Positions 1 through 8,762 of a stretch of 57,195 nucleotides of DNA are shown here, piece by piece. The position numbers and the translations under genes are program-made. This stretch comes from a virus (Duplodnaviria > Caudoviricetes). Location of the stretch: positions 1-57,195 of the IMG/VR virus record IMGVR_UViG_3300021560_000003; one strand, 5' to 3'. The first letter of the stretch is position 1, and each line of letters begins with the position of its first letter. The notes under the pieces are model-generated. The model was not told the origin of the DNA. It searched no databases and was given only the letters and a program-made list of their open reading frames with translations.

Positions 1-123
1 CAGCGCGCCGGTCACCGGGTCATGCCGCGCCATTTCGGCGAGCGCGCGCTCGGCCTGGCGCCAGCGGCCCCACGCCTGGCAATAGGCCGCCAGCGCGGCG
101 CGATCGACGCCGGTTAGGAGGCC
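1..123. repeat. Terminal direct repeat, copy 1 (probably assembly overlap of a circular contig)
   Basis: Identical to 57073-57195. Confidence 0.95.
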
Positions 124-303
124 GAGCTCGTGCAGCCGGCGCGCGACGCGCCGCCACTCGGCTTTGGCGTCGGCGTAGAGCTCGGTCGGCGGCTGCGGCG
201 GCGCCGCGGTTGCCGGCTGCGGCTCGGCGCGGTTGAGCCGCCGCTTGCCGGGGTTGCCGGTGACCAATTTCAGATAAGTCGGCCGCGGCTTGCGACCACG
301 CAT
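1..303 (-). CDS. terS: Terminase small subunit, P27 family, N-terminal part (continues across the junction)
   Basis: Manual translation from ATG at 303: MRGRKPRPTYLKLVTGNPGKRRLN...AKAEWRRV...LLTGVDRAALAAYCQAWGRW; typical P27 terS motifs. Confidence 0.92.
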   Translation of the reverse strand, partial: MRGRKPRPTYLKLVTGNPGKRRLNRAEPQPATAAPPQPPTELYADAKAEWRRVARRLHELGLLTGVDRAALAAYCQAWGRWRQAERALAEMARHDPVTGAL

Positions 304-382
304 CGCAGATTATTCCGTCGACTGTGCGCGCACGAGGAGCGTGTGTGCACCCGTCAACTGTGAGGGAAAGGAAGCCACCCCG

Positions 383-1018
383 ATGAACACTTTCACCAAT
401 CAGTCCAACGCCCGCCGCGCCGCCAAAAAGATGCTCGCCGCTGGCACTGCGCCGGGCGTCGAGTTCGGAATTTACGACACCGCCGACGGCCGCTTCGCGA
501 TCGCCTGGGCTGAGCCGCCCGCACCGCCGTCGACCGTGGCGGTGATCGCCTGGGCTGAGCCGCCCGCACCGCCGTCGACCGCTGCGGTCGAGCGCGAAAT
601 CGCCACCGCCACCGCCGAGAACCGCGCACCGGCGCCGGAGGCCTCCGATGCGGATCCCGAGCTCGCCGAGGTCGAGACCGAGCGGCTGATCGCCGAGCTG
701 GCGCGGCGCGGCTATCGCAGCACGCCGGCGCGGGTGCGCCGCAGCAGCGACGGCCCGAGGCAGCCGCGGCGCAGCAAGGCGGCCGAGCTCGACGAGGCGG
801 CGGGGCGCGGCGTCATGCCGGAAAAGCCGATCGTCACCTCGGCGACCAACCAGCGCTACCAGCACCGGTTCGATAAGCTGGCCGCGCTCGCCGCCGACGG
901 CGACTGGAACGCGATCGCCGCCTACGAGGTCAAGGGCAAGAATACCTACGCCAAAGACGTCGCGCGCTACCGCGACCGGCTGCTGGCGGCGCACGCTGTA
1001 CGCGGGGCGGCCCAATGA
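383..1018 (+). CDS. Hypothetical protein, opposite strand to the packaging operon
   Basis: RBS-like GAGGGAAAGGAAG before ATG 383; ATGA overlap with next ORF; internal duplicated IAWAEPPAPPST. Confidence 0.7.
   Translation: MNTFTNQSNARRAAKKMLAAGTAPGVEFGIYDTADGRFAIAWAEPPAPPSTVAVIAWAEPPAPPSTAAVEREIATATAENRAPAPEASDADPELAEVETERLIAELARRGYRSTPARVRRSSDGPRQPRRSKAAELDEAAGRGVMPEKPIVTSATNQRYQHRFDKLAALAADGDWNAIAAYEVKGKNTYAKDVARYRDRLLAAHAVRGAAQ
499..581. repeat. 38-bp direct repeat, 45-bp period, in frame
   Basis: gatcgcctgggctgagccgcccgcaccgccgtcgaccg at 499-536 and 544-581. Confidence 0.9.
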
Positions 1019-1203
1019 CCCCGCGCGACGCCGAACGCCTGCGCTTCGGGTGCTGGCGCGCCACCCGCCTAGACGCCGCGGAAACGCGGCGCCTACGGGC
1101 GATCCCCGGCGACCTCAAGCTGGCCGCGCTGGTGATCGTTTGGCTGGCCGTCGCGCAGCTCGGGTGGCCGCTGGTGCAGCCGCTGCTCGCCGCCGCCCGA
1201 TGA
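1015..1203 (+). CDS. Small hypothetical protein with C-terminal hydrophobic helix
   Basis: ATGA-coupled to upstream ORF; LAALVIVWLAVAQLGWPLV; overlaps the 3' end of the MTase gene. Confidence 0.45.
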   Translation: MTPRDAERLRFGCWRATRLDAAETRRLRAIPGDLKLAALVIVWLAVAQLGWPLVQPLLAAAR

Positions 1204-2442
1204 CTGCCGCTCGGCGGCGATTTGGTCGAAGTCGCGACCGTCGCCGTCGAGCATCGCTTTTTCGCCGGTGAAATCCTGCCAGCGTCGCACCGCGACGTCG
1301 CAATAAGCCGGCGCAATCTCGATCGCAAGACATCGCCGCCCGGTCATCTCGGCGGCGATGATCGTTGTGCCCGAGCCGGAAAACGGTTCGTAGACCGCAT
1401 CGCCGGCCAGCGAATTGTTCTCGATGGGGCGGCGCATGCACTCGGCCGGCTTTTGCGTGCTGTGGCCGGTTTCCGATTTCAGAGGCTTCGGGATATCCCA
1501 CACCGAGCTCTGCTTGCGATCGCCGCTCCAGTGTCCCGTGGTTCCTTTGCGCACGGCATACCAGCACGGCTCGTGCTTGTAATGGTAGTGACCGCGGCTG
1601 ATGACGATATTGTCTTTGTTCCAGATCAGCTGGCTGCGCAGCGCGAAGCCGCATGCCACTAGGCTGTCGCCGACGGTGCCGGCGTGTACCCCACCATGCC
1701 ACACATACGCGACGTCGCCGGGAAAGAGCGCCCACGCCTCTCGCCAATCCGCCCGATCGTCGTTCTCAACCTTGCCGACGGCGACGGCATGGCCGATCGA
1801 CAGCCTCCGATCGCTTCGCCAAGCGGCGTCATAATTCACCCCATACGGCGGATCGGTCACCATCAGGTGCGGCGCCGCCCCGGCGAGCAGGCGCTCGACG
1901 TCGGTCGCGACGGTGCAATCGCCGCACAGCAGGCGGTGCCGGCCGAGCAGCCAAAGATCGCCCGGCTCGGATATCGGATGCGCCGGCGGATCCGGGAGAT
2001 CGTCGGGGTCGGTCAGGCCCTCGGTGCGATCGAGCACGGCAGCCTGTTCGGCCTCGCCGAACCCGACCAGCGAGAGGTCGAACGCCATCTCGCGCAGATC
2101 GGCCATCTCGAGGCGCAGCAGCTCGGGGTCCCAGCCGGCGTTGAGCGCCAGCTTGTTGTCGGCCAGGACGTAGGCGCGGCGCTGCGCCGCGGTGAGGTGG
2201 GCGAGATCGATCGTCGGCACCTCGACCATACCGAGCTTGCGCGCCGCCAGCACGCGGCCGTGCCCGGCCAGGATCCCGTTCGCGCCGTCGAGCAGGACCG
2301 GGGCGGTGAAGCCGAACTCGCGGATCGAGGCGGCGATCTGCGCGACCTGGTCCTCGCTATGGGTCCGCGCGTTGCGGGCATAGGGAATCAGCTCGCCGAT
2401 CGGCCGGTAGACGACCGCCAGCTGGAGGGCCCTGTCGCTCAG
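1093..2442 (-). CDS. ParB-like domain + N4/N6 DNA methyltransferase (beta class)
   Basis: LIPYARNARTHS...FGF...ILAGHGRVLAA ParB-like N-terminus upstream of the called start; DPPY, HSTQKP and EPFSGSGTT motifs; start inferred at CTG 2442. Confidence 0.9.
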   Translation of the reverse strand: MSDRALQLAVVYRPIGELIPYARNARTHSEDQVAQIAASIREFGFTAPVLLDGANGILAGHGRVLAARKLGMVEVPTIDLAHLTAAQRRAYVLADNKLALNAGWDPELLRLEMADLREMAFDLSLVGFGEAEQAAVLDRTEGLTDPDDLPDPPAHPISEPGDLWLLGRHRLLCGDCTVATDVERLLAGAAPHLMVTDPPYGVNYDAAWRSDRRLSIGHAVAVGKVENDDRADWREAWALFPGDVAYVWHGGVHAGTVGDSLVACGFALRSQLIWNKDNIVISRGHYHYKHEPCWYAVRKGTTGHWSGDRKQSSVWDIPKPLKSETGHSTQKPAECMRRPIENNSLAGDAVYEPFSGSGTTIIAAEMTGRRCLAIEIAPAYCDVAVRRWQDFTGEKAMLDGDGRDFDQIAAERQSSGGGEQRLHQRPPELRDGQPNDHQRGQLEVAGDRP

Positions 2443-2444
2443 TG

Positions 2445-2530
2445 TTGACCCCCCCTGCGAATTTCGCGGAGTTGCGCGCGTTGCGTCACGGCGGTCGCCG
2501 GCGCGAGGCGCGCTTGGGTAAAACCCCGCG
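2445..2530. other. Candidate cos/packaging-signal region
   Basis: Non-coding stretch between HNH and terS containing CGCGAAATTCGCAGGGGGGG (minus strand), a pattern I associate with P27-terminase cos phages; inference only. Confidence 0.3.
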
Positions 2531-2621
2531 CCCTCGGCAGCGGCTCAAGGCCGCGCGATGCCTCGCCTTCGCCGGCCTGCCGCTCGAGCGCGTCAGATCG
2601 AATGATTGGGTAGCTCATCCC

Positions 2622-2939
2622 TCAGAGGGCAAGCGCAGCGGTGACCAGGTGGGGGCCAAGCATCGCGGTGACCGTCGCGTTGTGCGGCCCGTCATCGGCC
2701 TGCGTCAGCGCGCGCGCGAGCACGATTTGCATGCCTGCGACCGCGAAGATCGGGTCGCCCGCGATTGTGAGATGACCAGTGAAGGGCGAGCCGTCCGAGG
2801 TCGCGACGATGACGTTGGCGACGAGGGTCCCTGCGGGCGCGTTGTCGGGGATGGCAGCAGGATGGTCAAAGGTGACCGCGATCGGCGTGCCTTTGTCCGC
2901 CTTGACTACTTTTACCGTGAAGATTGCGCTGGCTGTCAT
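2622..2939 (-). CDS. Single cadherin/Ig-like domain protein
   Basis: IPDNAPAGTLVANVIV...FAVAG.QIVLARAL...ATVTA; ATGA-coupled to HNH. Confidence 0.6.
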   Translation of the reverse strand: MTASAIFTVKVVKADKGTPIAVTFDHPAAIPDNAPAGTLVANVIVATSDGSPFTGHLTIAGDPIFAVAGMQIVLARALTQADDGPHNATVTAMLGPHLVTAALAL

Positions 2940-3244
2940 CGGGTCCTCGCCAAGGGCCAGCCGGCGGCGCCGCAGCCTTTGATGACCGCGAGGCCGCCGC
3001 GGCCGCGTTTGCCGCTGGGGGCTTCCTTGATCTGCTTGTCGTGCGTCTCGCAAAGCGAGCGCAAATTCTCCAGCCGGTCGGCTGGGCATGGCTTGGTAAG
3101 GTGACGCGGCCTCGCGACAATGTGGTCGGCGACTGTTGCCGGCTCGATGCAGCCTGGAATGGCGCAGCGGCAGTGGTCGCGCTCCAGCGCCTCGCGGCGC
3201 AGGCGGCGCCAAAAGCGCGAGCTGTAGAACGGGTTGTTTGCTAT
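2936..3244 (-). CDS. Terminase-associated HNH endonuclease (HK97 gp74-like)
   Basis: FYSSRFWRRLR..ALERD..RCAIPGC..ATVADHI...NLRSLCETH; start uncertain (ATA at 3244 or upstream to 3304). Confidence 0.85.
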   Translation of the reverse strand: MANNPFYSSRFWRRLRREALERDHCRCAIPGCIEPATVADHIVARPRHLTKPCPADRLENLRSLCETHDKQIKEAPSGKRGRGGLAVIKGCGAAGWPLARTR

Positions 3245-3633
3245 GGCTGGGTGCCGGCGACGCCGACGATCAGCGTCGTCGTCAACGCAGGCGGGACCGG
3301 GCAATTTGCCGGCGCGATGCCGTTTGGTCCGACCACGACGGTTGAGCCGGACAATGCAAAGTCGGTCGTGTCGCCGCTGATCGCATAGCTGGCAGGGTTG
3401 CCGTCGCCGGCGCTCGGAACCATCGTCGCGACCAGCGTGCCTGCCGCGGCGTTACATGCGAGCAACGGCGCAGGCGGCGAAAAGGTGAATTTGAACGGCG
3501 CGTAGACCAAGATGGTCAGGTTGTTGCTTACTGGCGCCGCGGCCGCGGTGAAGGCCTCAGGTGCCTCTTGCGCATGAACGTTGCAGGCGCCAGCAAAAAG
3601 GGCTGCGACGACGACCGACAATAACGTTCTCAT
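3241..3633 (-). CDS. Secreted cadherin-like protein
   Basis: Signal peptide MRTLLSVVVAALFAGACNVHA; CNAAAGTLVATM..GDGNPASYAISGDTTDFALSG; RBS GGAAGGGA. Confidence 0.65.
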   Translation of the reverse strand: MRTLLSVVVAALFAGACNVHAQEAPEAFTAAAAPVSNNLTILVYAPFKFTFSPPAPLLACNAAAGTLVATMVPSAGDGNPASYAISGDTTDFALSGSTVVVGPNGIAPANCPVPPALTTTLIVGVAGTQP

Positions 3634-3651
3634 CCGCTGTTTTTCCCTTCC

Positions 3652-3972
3652 CTAAGCAGCCTTGCGGAGCTCGCGGCGCGGGTTGATGGTCAGCCGCCAA
3701 TCGGTCGAGACCTTGCGGGTGAAGCGAGCGATCCACTCGGCCTCGGTAATCCCCATGACTTCAAGTACACGCGCGCGGTCGGTCCGGTCTTGCGAGCCAG
3801 GCGGTGTCAGCGTGATCTTGCCTGCCTCGCCCTCTGCGGTCCGCAGGCCTCGCCGGATCGCCTCGTCCTTGATTGCTTCGATGCGGGTTTTGAGCGCGAA
3901 GGCCTCGTCGGCGAGCGCGCCAGGCGCCAGCTTGCGCAGCCGCTTGGCCTCGGGGTCGAGTCGCTCGCTCAT
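3652..3972 (-). CDS. Hypothetical protein
   Basis: Compact ORF with normal composition in the minus-strand operon. Confidence 0.6.
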   Translation of the reverse strand: MSERLDPEAKRLRKLAPGALADEAFALKTRIEAIKDEAIRRGLRTAEGEAGKITLTPPGSQDRTDRARVLEVMGITEAEWIARFTRKVSTDWRLTINPRRELRKAA

Positions 3973-4006
3973 GTGCTAACCATTCCGTTCAGTTTGACGG
4001 GTTCGG

Positions 4007-4279
4007 TTAATCCGATAATTCGGGGATCGCAGCGGCGCGCAGGGCCGAGTCCTTGGCTTCGAGCAATTTGCGCAGCGCGACGGTGCGCTCGAAGCCGGCG
4101 GGAAGGTTGGCGGCAATCCAGTAGGCGAGGTTGAAAAACGGCACCGAGTAGACCTGCAGCGAGGGCGTCAGATGGTTAAAGCGAAAGGCCGCCAGCAGCC
4201 GCTCGTTGTCGAGGTCAAGCACCTCGCGCAACTGCTCGACAGTCAGGCCTTCATCCGTAGTCGTCGTCGGGTTCGTCAT
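4007..4279 (-). CDS. Small helical-hairpin phage protein, possible Acb2/Tad1-like nucleotide sponge
   Basis: F..NHL.P.LQ..S.PF..LA.......P...ERTVALRKLLEAKD.A.RA conserved phage motif; family link recalled, not searched. Confidence 0.55.
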   Translation of the reverse strand: MTNPTTTTDEGLTVEQLREVLDLDNERLLAAFRFNHLTPSLQVYSVPFFNLAYWIAANLPAGFERTVALRKLLEAKDSALRAAAIPELSD

Positions 4280-4472
4280 CGCCACTCAGCTCGTCGTCGC
4301 CACTGGGCTCGTAGTCGGCGTCCAGCAGCAGCGTCGGCTCAACGCAGACACCGCAATCGTTGCACCACCAGCCGGGCGCAAAGACCAGCGCGCCGCACCA
4401 CCGACACTTTGCGGATGTCGGCTCGCCAGAGAGCGCCGCCTCAATCCGCGGCTTCGTCGCGCCGAGCGCCAT
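4251..4472 (-). CDS. Small zinc-ribbon protein with acidic tail
   Basis: CRWCG...CNDCG; fills the gap between neighbours. Confidence 0.45.
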   Translation of the reverse strand: MALGATKPRIEAALSGEPTSAKCRWCGALVFAPGWWCNDCGVCVEPTLLLDADYEPSGDDELSGDDEPDDDYG

Positions 4473-5235
4473 CGGCAGGAATTGGGGTAAATTGGTTGCA
4501 GTCTTTTCCGGTTGACATTGCAACAGGCTGGGCGCGCGCGAGCACGCGGCTGACCTGGCCGGCCCCCCATTGTTTGCAGCCGGCCGGCGTCTCGACGCCG
4601 CAGGCGGTCAGCGCTTGCGCCAGCTCGCCCAGCGAGCGGCAACCAGCACGCCGGGCGCGGTCGATATAGGGCAGCAGGTCGGCGGCGTATTTGGTGGCCC
4701 TTTCCGTGCGCGCCTGGCGCGCCTTGCGGGCGGCCCAGCGGTCGCCGGGCTTGAGGCGCGGGTTGCCGAGCTTGACACCGCGCGCCTTGGCGGCGGCGAG
4801 CGCGGCAATGGTGCGCTGCGAAATCATCTCGCGCTCGTGCTCGGCGACAGCGGCGAGGATATGGATCGTCAGCCTCGTCGCGTGCGGGTTGTCGCAAGCG
4901 ACAAAGTCGACCCCGCTCTCCATGAGGGAGGAAATGAAGAAAACGTTGCGCGCCAGGCGGTCCAGCTTGGCGATGATCAGGGTCGCGCGGCGCAGGCGAC
5001 AGGCGGCGAGCGCGGCGGCGATCTGCGGCCGGTCGTTTTTCTTGCCGCTCTCGACTTCCTGGTATTCGTCAACCAGGACGCCTTGCGCGGCGGCGACATG
5101 GCGAGCCACCGCCTCGCGCTGCGCTTCTAAGCCCAGCCCGCTGGCGCCCTGGCGCTCGGTCGAGACTCGGTAGTAGGAAATGAAGCGCGGCGCTCCAGGC
5201 GCGCTATAGGCGCGCGCCGAGGCCCGGCGGGGCAT
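4441..5235 (-). CDS. Serine recombinase (resolvase/invertase family)
   Basis: YYRVSTERQG.SGLGLEAQ, ESGK..DRPQ, KLDRLARN, AVAEHEREMISQRT, GVKLGNP. Confidence 0.95.
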   Translation of the reverse strand: MPRRASARAYSAPGAPRFISYYRVSTERQGASGLGLEAQREAVARHVAAAQGVLVDEYQEVESGKKNDRPQIAAALAACRLRRATLIIAKLDRLARNVFFISSLMESGVDFVACDNPHATRLTIHILAAVAEHEREMISQRTIAALAAAKARGVKLGNPRLKPGDRWAARKARQARTERATKYAADLLPYIDRARRAGCRSLGELAQALTACGVETPAGCKQWGAGQVSRVLARAQPVAMSTGKDCNQFTPIPADGARRDEAAD

Positions 5236-5276
5236 TTTACCGCCCTCTCACTCTGATATGTCCGATTGTCGCAATG

Positions 5277-5375
5277 TTATGAGGCGAGCCAGGCGAGCCA
5301 CCCGGCCAGCGTCGGCAGCGCGATCAGCAGCAGCAGCAGCACGAGCGCATAGTTTGCGGCCCGGCCGTCGGTCAT
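5277..5375 (-). CDS. 32-aa single-TM peptide
   Basis: Manual translation MTDGRAANYALVLLLLLIALPTLAGWLAWLAS; fills the intergenic gap. Confidence 0.4.
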   Translation of the reverse strand: MTDGRAANYALVLLLLLIALPTLAGWLAWLAS

Positions 5376-5382
5376 CTCGACG

Positions 5383-5919
5383 CTAAACACGCTGACCTCC
5401 GCTCAGATGCGCCTCGAGCGCGCCGAGCGTGGCGATCAGCACGCCGGACGCCGTCTCTTGCGTGACGCGCCGGCCGGCCCAGCCTTGCTCGAGCGCCCAC
5501 TCTTTGAGGGATCGTTCCCAGCCGACGACGTGCCACAGGCAACTGCCGCCGGCCGAGGCTAGGCCGCCGACGGCAATAATCGCGCGCCACAGCTTGTCGC
5601 GCGCGACATAGGCGCGGTCGCCGAGATGGTTGTTGGCGCCGCCGGGGTTGCGCTGCAAATCGGCGGCGTGCAGCGGGTCGAACTGGGCGCGCTTAAAAAG
5701 CCGGCGAAATTCCTCGCCGGCCGCCCGCATGGCCGGGGTTATTGCGCCCCTTCGCTCCATCGCCGCCAGCACATCGATCGCGCGATAGGGCCGCGCGATG
5801 GCGCCGGCAGCGTCGGCGATCGGCCGGTCGAGCCGCTCGACAGCGTTGTGCTGCATACGCTCCGGCGGCGGCGCGACAATATCCGTGGGGGTCGCCCGGG
5901 CGCGCCGTCGCCGTCGCAT
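5383..5919 (-). CDS. DUF6456-type late regulator (Q-position antiterminator/activator candidate)
   Basis: LAAMERRGAITPAMRAAGEEFRRLF..AQ...LWHVVGWERSLKEWA...GVLIATLGAL; located between replication and packaging modules. Confidence 0.75.
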   Translation of the reverse strand: MRRRRRARATPTDIVAPPPERMQHNAVERLDRPIADAAGAIARPYRAIDVLAAMERRGAITPAMRAAGEEFRRLFKRAQFDPLHAADLQRNPGGANNHLGDRAYVARDKLWRAIIAVGGLASAGGSCLWHVVGWERSLKEWALEQGWAGRRVTQETASGVLIATLGALEAHLSGGQRV

Positions 5920-5930
5920 TCAAATTCGTT

Positions 5931-5958
5931 AAATAAAAAAACCGCCAAATACGGCGGT
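5931..5958 (-). terminator. Intrinsic terminator just upstream of the DUF6456 gene
   Basis: ACCGCC-6-GGCGGT stem followed by a T-run on the minus strand. Confidence 0.6.
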
Positions 5959-6042
5959 CGGCATAGCTCGGGTGGTGTCCGAAAGCCGTCGGCGCGCGCC
6001 ACTCCGAGCTGGCCAGAACGCTACCGCAAAATTTGGACGCGA

Positions 6043-6384
6043 TTATGGCAACGTTGCGACCCCGACGGCCACTGGCGGGGTTGTTGACGCCTGCCGCTCC
6101 AGAAACGGGTCGCGCGCAATTATCGGCGCCAGCACCGCAAGACGTGCAATCAGTGCCGTTGAGTCGGCGATCGTTTCAAAGTCGGTGCGGCGCAGGCCGC
6201 GCCGAAAATCGGCCTCGGTCGCCCACACCGTCTGCAAAATCAGCCGGCCGGCGGCGTTGATAACATCGATGACGAGCAGGTGCTGACCGAGCTCGGCGCG
6301 CGAAGCCGCGCGCTCAGAAAAGACGACGACCTCGCCCATAGTGGCAAAGTGCTCCCGTTCCGCTTTGGCGCGGTCATACCACAA
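6043..6384 (-). CDS. Hypothetical protein
   Basis: ORF track; start uncertain. Confidence 0.45.
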   Translation of the reverse strand: MWYDRAKAEREHFATMGEVVVFSERAASRAELGQHLLVIDVINAAGRLILQTVWATEADFRRGLRRTDFETIADSTALIARLAVLAPIIARDPFLERQASTTPPVAVGVATLP

Positions 6385-6423
6385 AACCCGTCAAAGTAGG
6401 ATTGCGCTGGGTCAATGCCACCG

Positions 6424-6672
6424 TTACGCGGCGACCGGCGTCGGCGGCTCGACCACGGACCCCAGCACAAAGCCTTCGTCGACGAGCCAGCGCCGAAGAT
6501 CGGGCGGCGGCGCCGCGCGCAGGAGCTCGGCGGCGGCCCAGCGCGCGGTCTCGGGGTCGATCGCGTTCTCGGTGATGAGCTTATCACCGCGACGTTCGCG
6601 GTAGCACACCGTGCCATCGGGGTAAACCCCAAAGCTAATCTTGATCGGGGCCTCGCCCGGCCGGCGACTCAT
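6424..6672 (-). CDS. Hypothetical protein
   Basis: ATGA-coupled to the HU gene. Confidence 0.6.
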   Translation of the reverse strand: MSRRPGEAPIKISFGVYPDGTVCYRERRGDKLITENAIDPETARWAAAELLRAAPPPDLRRWLVDEGFVLGSVVEPPTPVAA

Positions 6673-6959
6673 GCCGCCTTCATCCCGGTGGTCGCGGCGG
6701 TCTTGAACTCGCGCCCGGCGCGGAAGCGGACCCGGCGGGCGGCAGGGATCTCGGCCGGCGCGCCGGTCTGCGGGTTGCGCCCTTGTTTGGCGGCATAATC
6801 CTTGAAGTCGAAGGTGCCAAAGCCGGGCAGCCGCACCTCCTCGGCGCGCGCGATCGCGTCGCGGATCGCGTCGAGCGCGGCCTCGATCGCGCGGTGCGCC
6901 TCGGCCCGGGTGCTGCCGACGGCGTTAGCGACCGCCGCGTCCAAATCACTTCGGTTCAT
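6669..6959 (-). CDS. hup: HU family DNA-binding protein
   Basis: MNRSDL...VRLPGFGTF...GRNPQTGAPAEIPAARRVRFRAG; RBS GAAGGAG. Confidence 0.95.
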   Translation of the reverse strand: MNRSDLDAAVANAVGSTRAEAHRAIEAALDAIRDAIARAEEVRLPGFGTFDFKDYAAKQGRNPQTGAPAEIPAARRVRFRAGREFKTAATTGMKAA

Positions 6960-7171
6960 CGCTTTCTCCTTCCCCTCGAAAAATCGCGTCGCCCGACCGC
7001 CGGCTTTGACCACAGCCCGCCGGCCGGCCGCTGTTGTTCGGCTTGCACCCGCACCGGCGTTAGCGGCCCCCGGGCCAGCGCCGGGTTGAACGGCGGCCCG
7101 CCACCCTGCGGCGCCGGTGGTAGCCCTTTCGGCTGTCGTGGGCGCTCCGTGCCAAATCGCTTGCGGCTCAT
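6956..7171 (-). CDS. Small basic Pro/Gly-rich hypothetical protein
   Basis: ATGA overlaps with both neighbours. Confidence 0.5.
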   Translation of the reverse strand: MSRKRFGTERPRQPKGLPPAPQGGGPPFNPALARGPLTPVRVQAEQQRPAGGLWSKPAVGRRDFSRGRRKR

Positions 7172-7839
7172 CGCTGATCGGCGCCTCCTTTGGCCTGGTC
7201 CGCCGCATCAATCACCCGCCGCAGCGCGTCGCGCAATGGCGACCAGTCAGGGTCCGCGGCGACTTTGGCCGCGATGTACACCCGCTTTTCCTCGTCGCGG
7301 CGCTCGGCCTCAGCCGCCGCGGCCCGCCGGCGCCGCGCGCGCTCCTGCGCGGCCGGGTCGACCAGCCGCCGCAAGCCGGCGAGCTCGGTCTTGGCGTCGG
7401 CGACGAGGCGCGTGCAGGCCTCGACCGCGAGCGCGATGGTGCAGCGCCGGCCGGCGACGATTGTTTCCCTTGCCGCCTGGGCGATCGCCGATTCCGGGAA
7501 GTCCTCAAGGGCGTCGTGCCAGTCGGCAATGACCAGAGCCATCGCCGCCTCCTCGAGCTCGGGAACCCAGGAGTGGGCCAGCCAGGCGGCGATCCGCACC
7601 GAAAGCCACTCGGGGTCGGCCGGCGCCAGGTAGTGCTCGTACGCGGGGATCGCGGCCTCCGCGGCGGCAAGGGCGGCCTCGTCAAGCGCCGGCGGCTGCC
7701 AATCCGAGGCTAGGGCCGGAACCGGGATCCCGCTTCGCGGATAATTCCATCTGACGCTTCCGCGCAGCGCCGACCTTACGCGCGGCGTCAAAGAGGGTCT
7801 GGTGGGGAGAGCGGCGGGCGCCGCGAGCGCGGGAAGCAT
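7168..7839 (-). CDS. Replication-module protein (helicase loader position)
   Basis: Follows the initiator; DWHDALEDFPESAIAQAARE motif typical of this position. Confidence 0.6.
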   Translation of the reverse strand: MLPALAAPAALPTRPSLTPRVRSALRGSVRWNYPRSGIPVPALASDWQPPALDEAALAAAEAAIPAYEHYLAPADPEWLSVRIAAWLAHSWVPELEEAAMALVIADWHDALEDFPESAIAQAARETIVAGRRCTIALAVEACTRLVADAKTELAGLRRLVDPAAQERARRRRAAAAEAERRDEEKRVYIAAKVAADPDWSPLRDALRRVIDAADQAKGGADQR

Positions 7840-8572
7840 TGGGGTCTCCGCTAATCGTCAGAAGGAATTCGGGCTGGCGCGGGTCGAGGCGGCCGCGCGG
7901 GTTGGCGCCCCTCGCCCGCGGGTTGGTGCCCCTCGCCCGCGGGTTGGCGGCCGGCCGCGGGGCCGCACCCGGCGGCGGGGCGAAATCCGGCTGAGCCAGC
8001 TCGGCGCCGTCCTCGCGCAATTTTGCAAAAAGCGGGGGCGCGGCGTCGGGGGGGGTCGGGGGGCCCTCCCTCCCGTTCTTTCCTTCTTCGCTGGTTTCTT
8101 CTTTGTGCGAGACGGGTGCGGAGATGATGTTGGGCGCCGCCTCGCGGCGCCCTTGAAATCGGTCGTAATTGCAGACGGTTATGATCAGGCGCCCGGCTGC
8201 GGCGCCGATGCTGTACGCCGTGCGGATCATGTTCCGTTTGGCGAGGGCGGCGAGAAAGCCGCGGACCTGGGAGATCGTCCAGCCCCAGGCCTCGGCGAGG
8301 TAGCGCAGCGAGAAGCACAACTGGCCGCGCTCGAGGGCGATGAGCGTGCCGCGGATCGTGACGGTGGTGCGCCGCCAGACCGCGTGGGCGATCAGCCATT
8401 CCCAGGCGGCGCGCCGACAATAGCGCTCGCCCTCGAATAGCTCGTGGTCTTGCCACCCCCGTTCCATCCGGTAGTAGCCGGCATCGCCCCGGCCGGTGCG
8501 GGCGGCGGTCGCGGCGCAACCCGCGCCCGACATCATTTTGCCCCCGAAACGTGTACTATTGCGGACTGACAT
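7682..8572 (-). CDS. Phage replication initiator (replisome organizer-like)
   Basis: GYYRMERGWQDH...AWEWLIAHA...LERGQLCFSLRYLAEAWGW...IITVCNYDRFQ; start 8572 or 8536. Confidence 0.85.
   Translation of the reverse strand: MSVRNSTRFGGKMMSGAGCAATAARTGRGDAGYYRMERGWQDHELFEGERYCRRAAWEWLIAHAVWRRTTVTIRGTLIALERGQLCFSLRYLAEAWGWTISQVRGFLAALAKRNMIRTAYSIGAAAGRLIITVCNYDRFQGRREAAPNIISAPVSHKEETSEEGKNGREGPPTPPDAAPPLFAKLREDGAELAQPDFAPPPGAAPRPAANPRARGTNPRARGANPRGRLDPRQPEFLLTISGDPNASRARGARRSPHQTLFDAARKVGAARKRQMELSAKRDPGSGPSLGLAAAGA
7897..7949. repeat. 21-bp tandem repeat x2.5 within the initiator gene (candidate iterons)
   Basis: gcgggttggYgcccctcgccc repeated; encodes NPRARG(T/A). Confidence 0.75.
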
Positions 8573-8762
8573 CCCATCACCCCCCTGGTGGGCTGTTTGA
8601 GTAATGCTGCGCCCGGCGAGCCCCCAACCCCCCCTGGGGGCGGAAGCCACGTCATCCCCTTGGCGGGGTTTCCCCAGCGCCGGGCGCGGTGATTCCGTTA
8701 ACGAGCGTCTTCCCTTGGAGGAGGAGCCGGCGCGGGCGGCGGCCGCGCGCGCTGGCCGATGG

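Noticed and set aside
1093-2442. MTase as a CcrM mimic completing the cell-cycle set
   Set aside because: Same beta motif order, but the ParB-fused type next to terS is common in phages and shows no CcrM-specific C-terminal domain; specificity cannot be read from sequence
5268-6060. Inverted GTCGCAAYGTT sites as invertase targets around the DUF6456 gene
   Set aside because: Too short and degenerate to support
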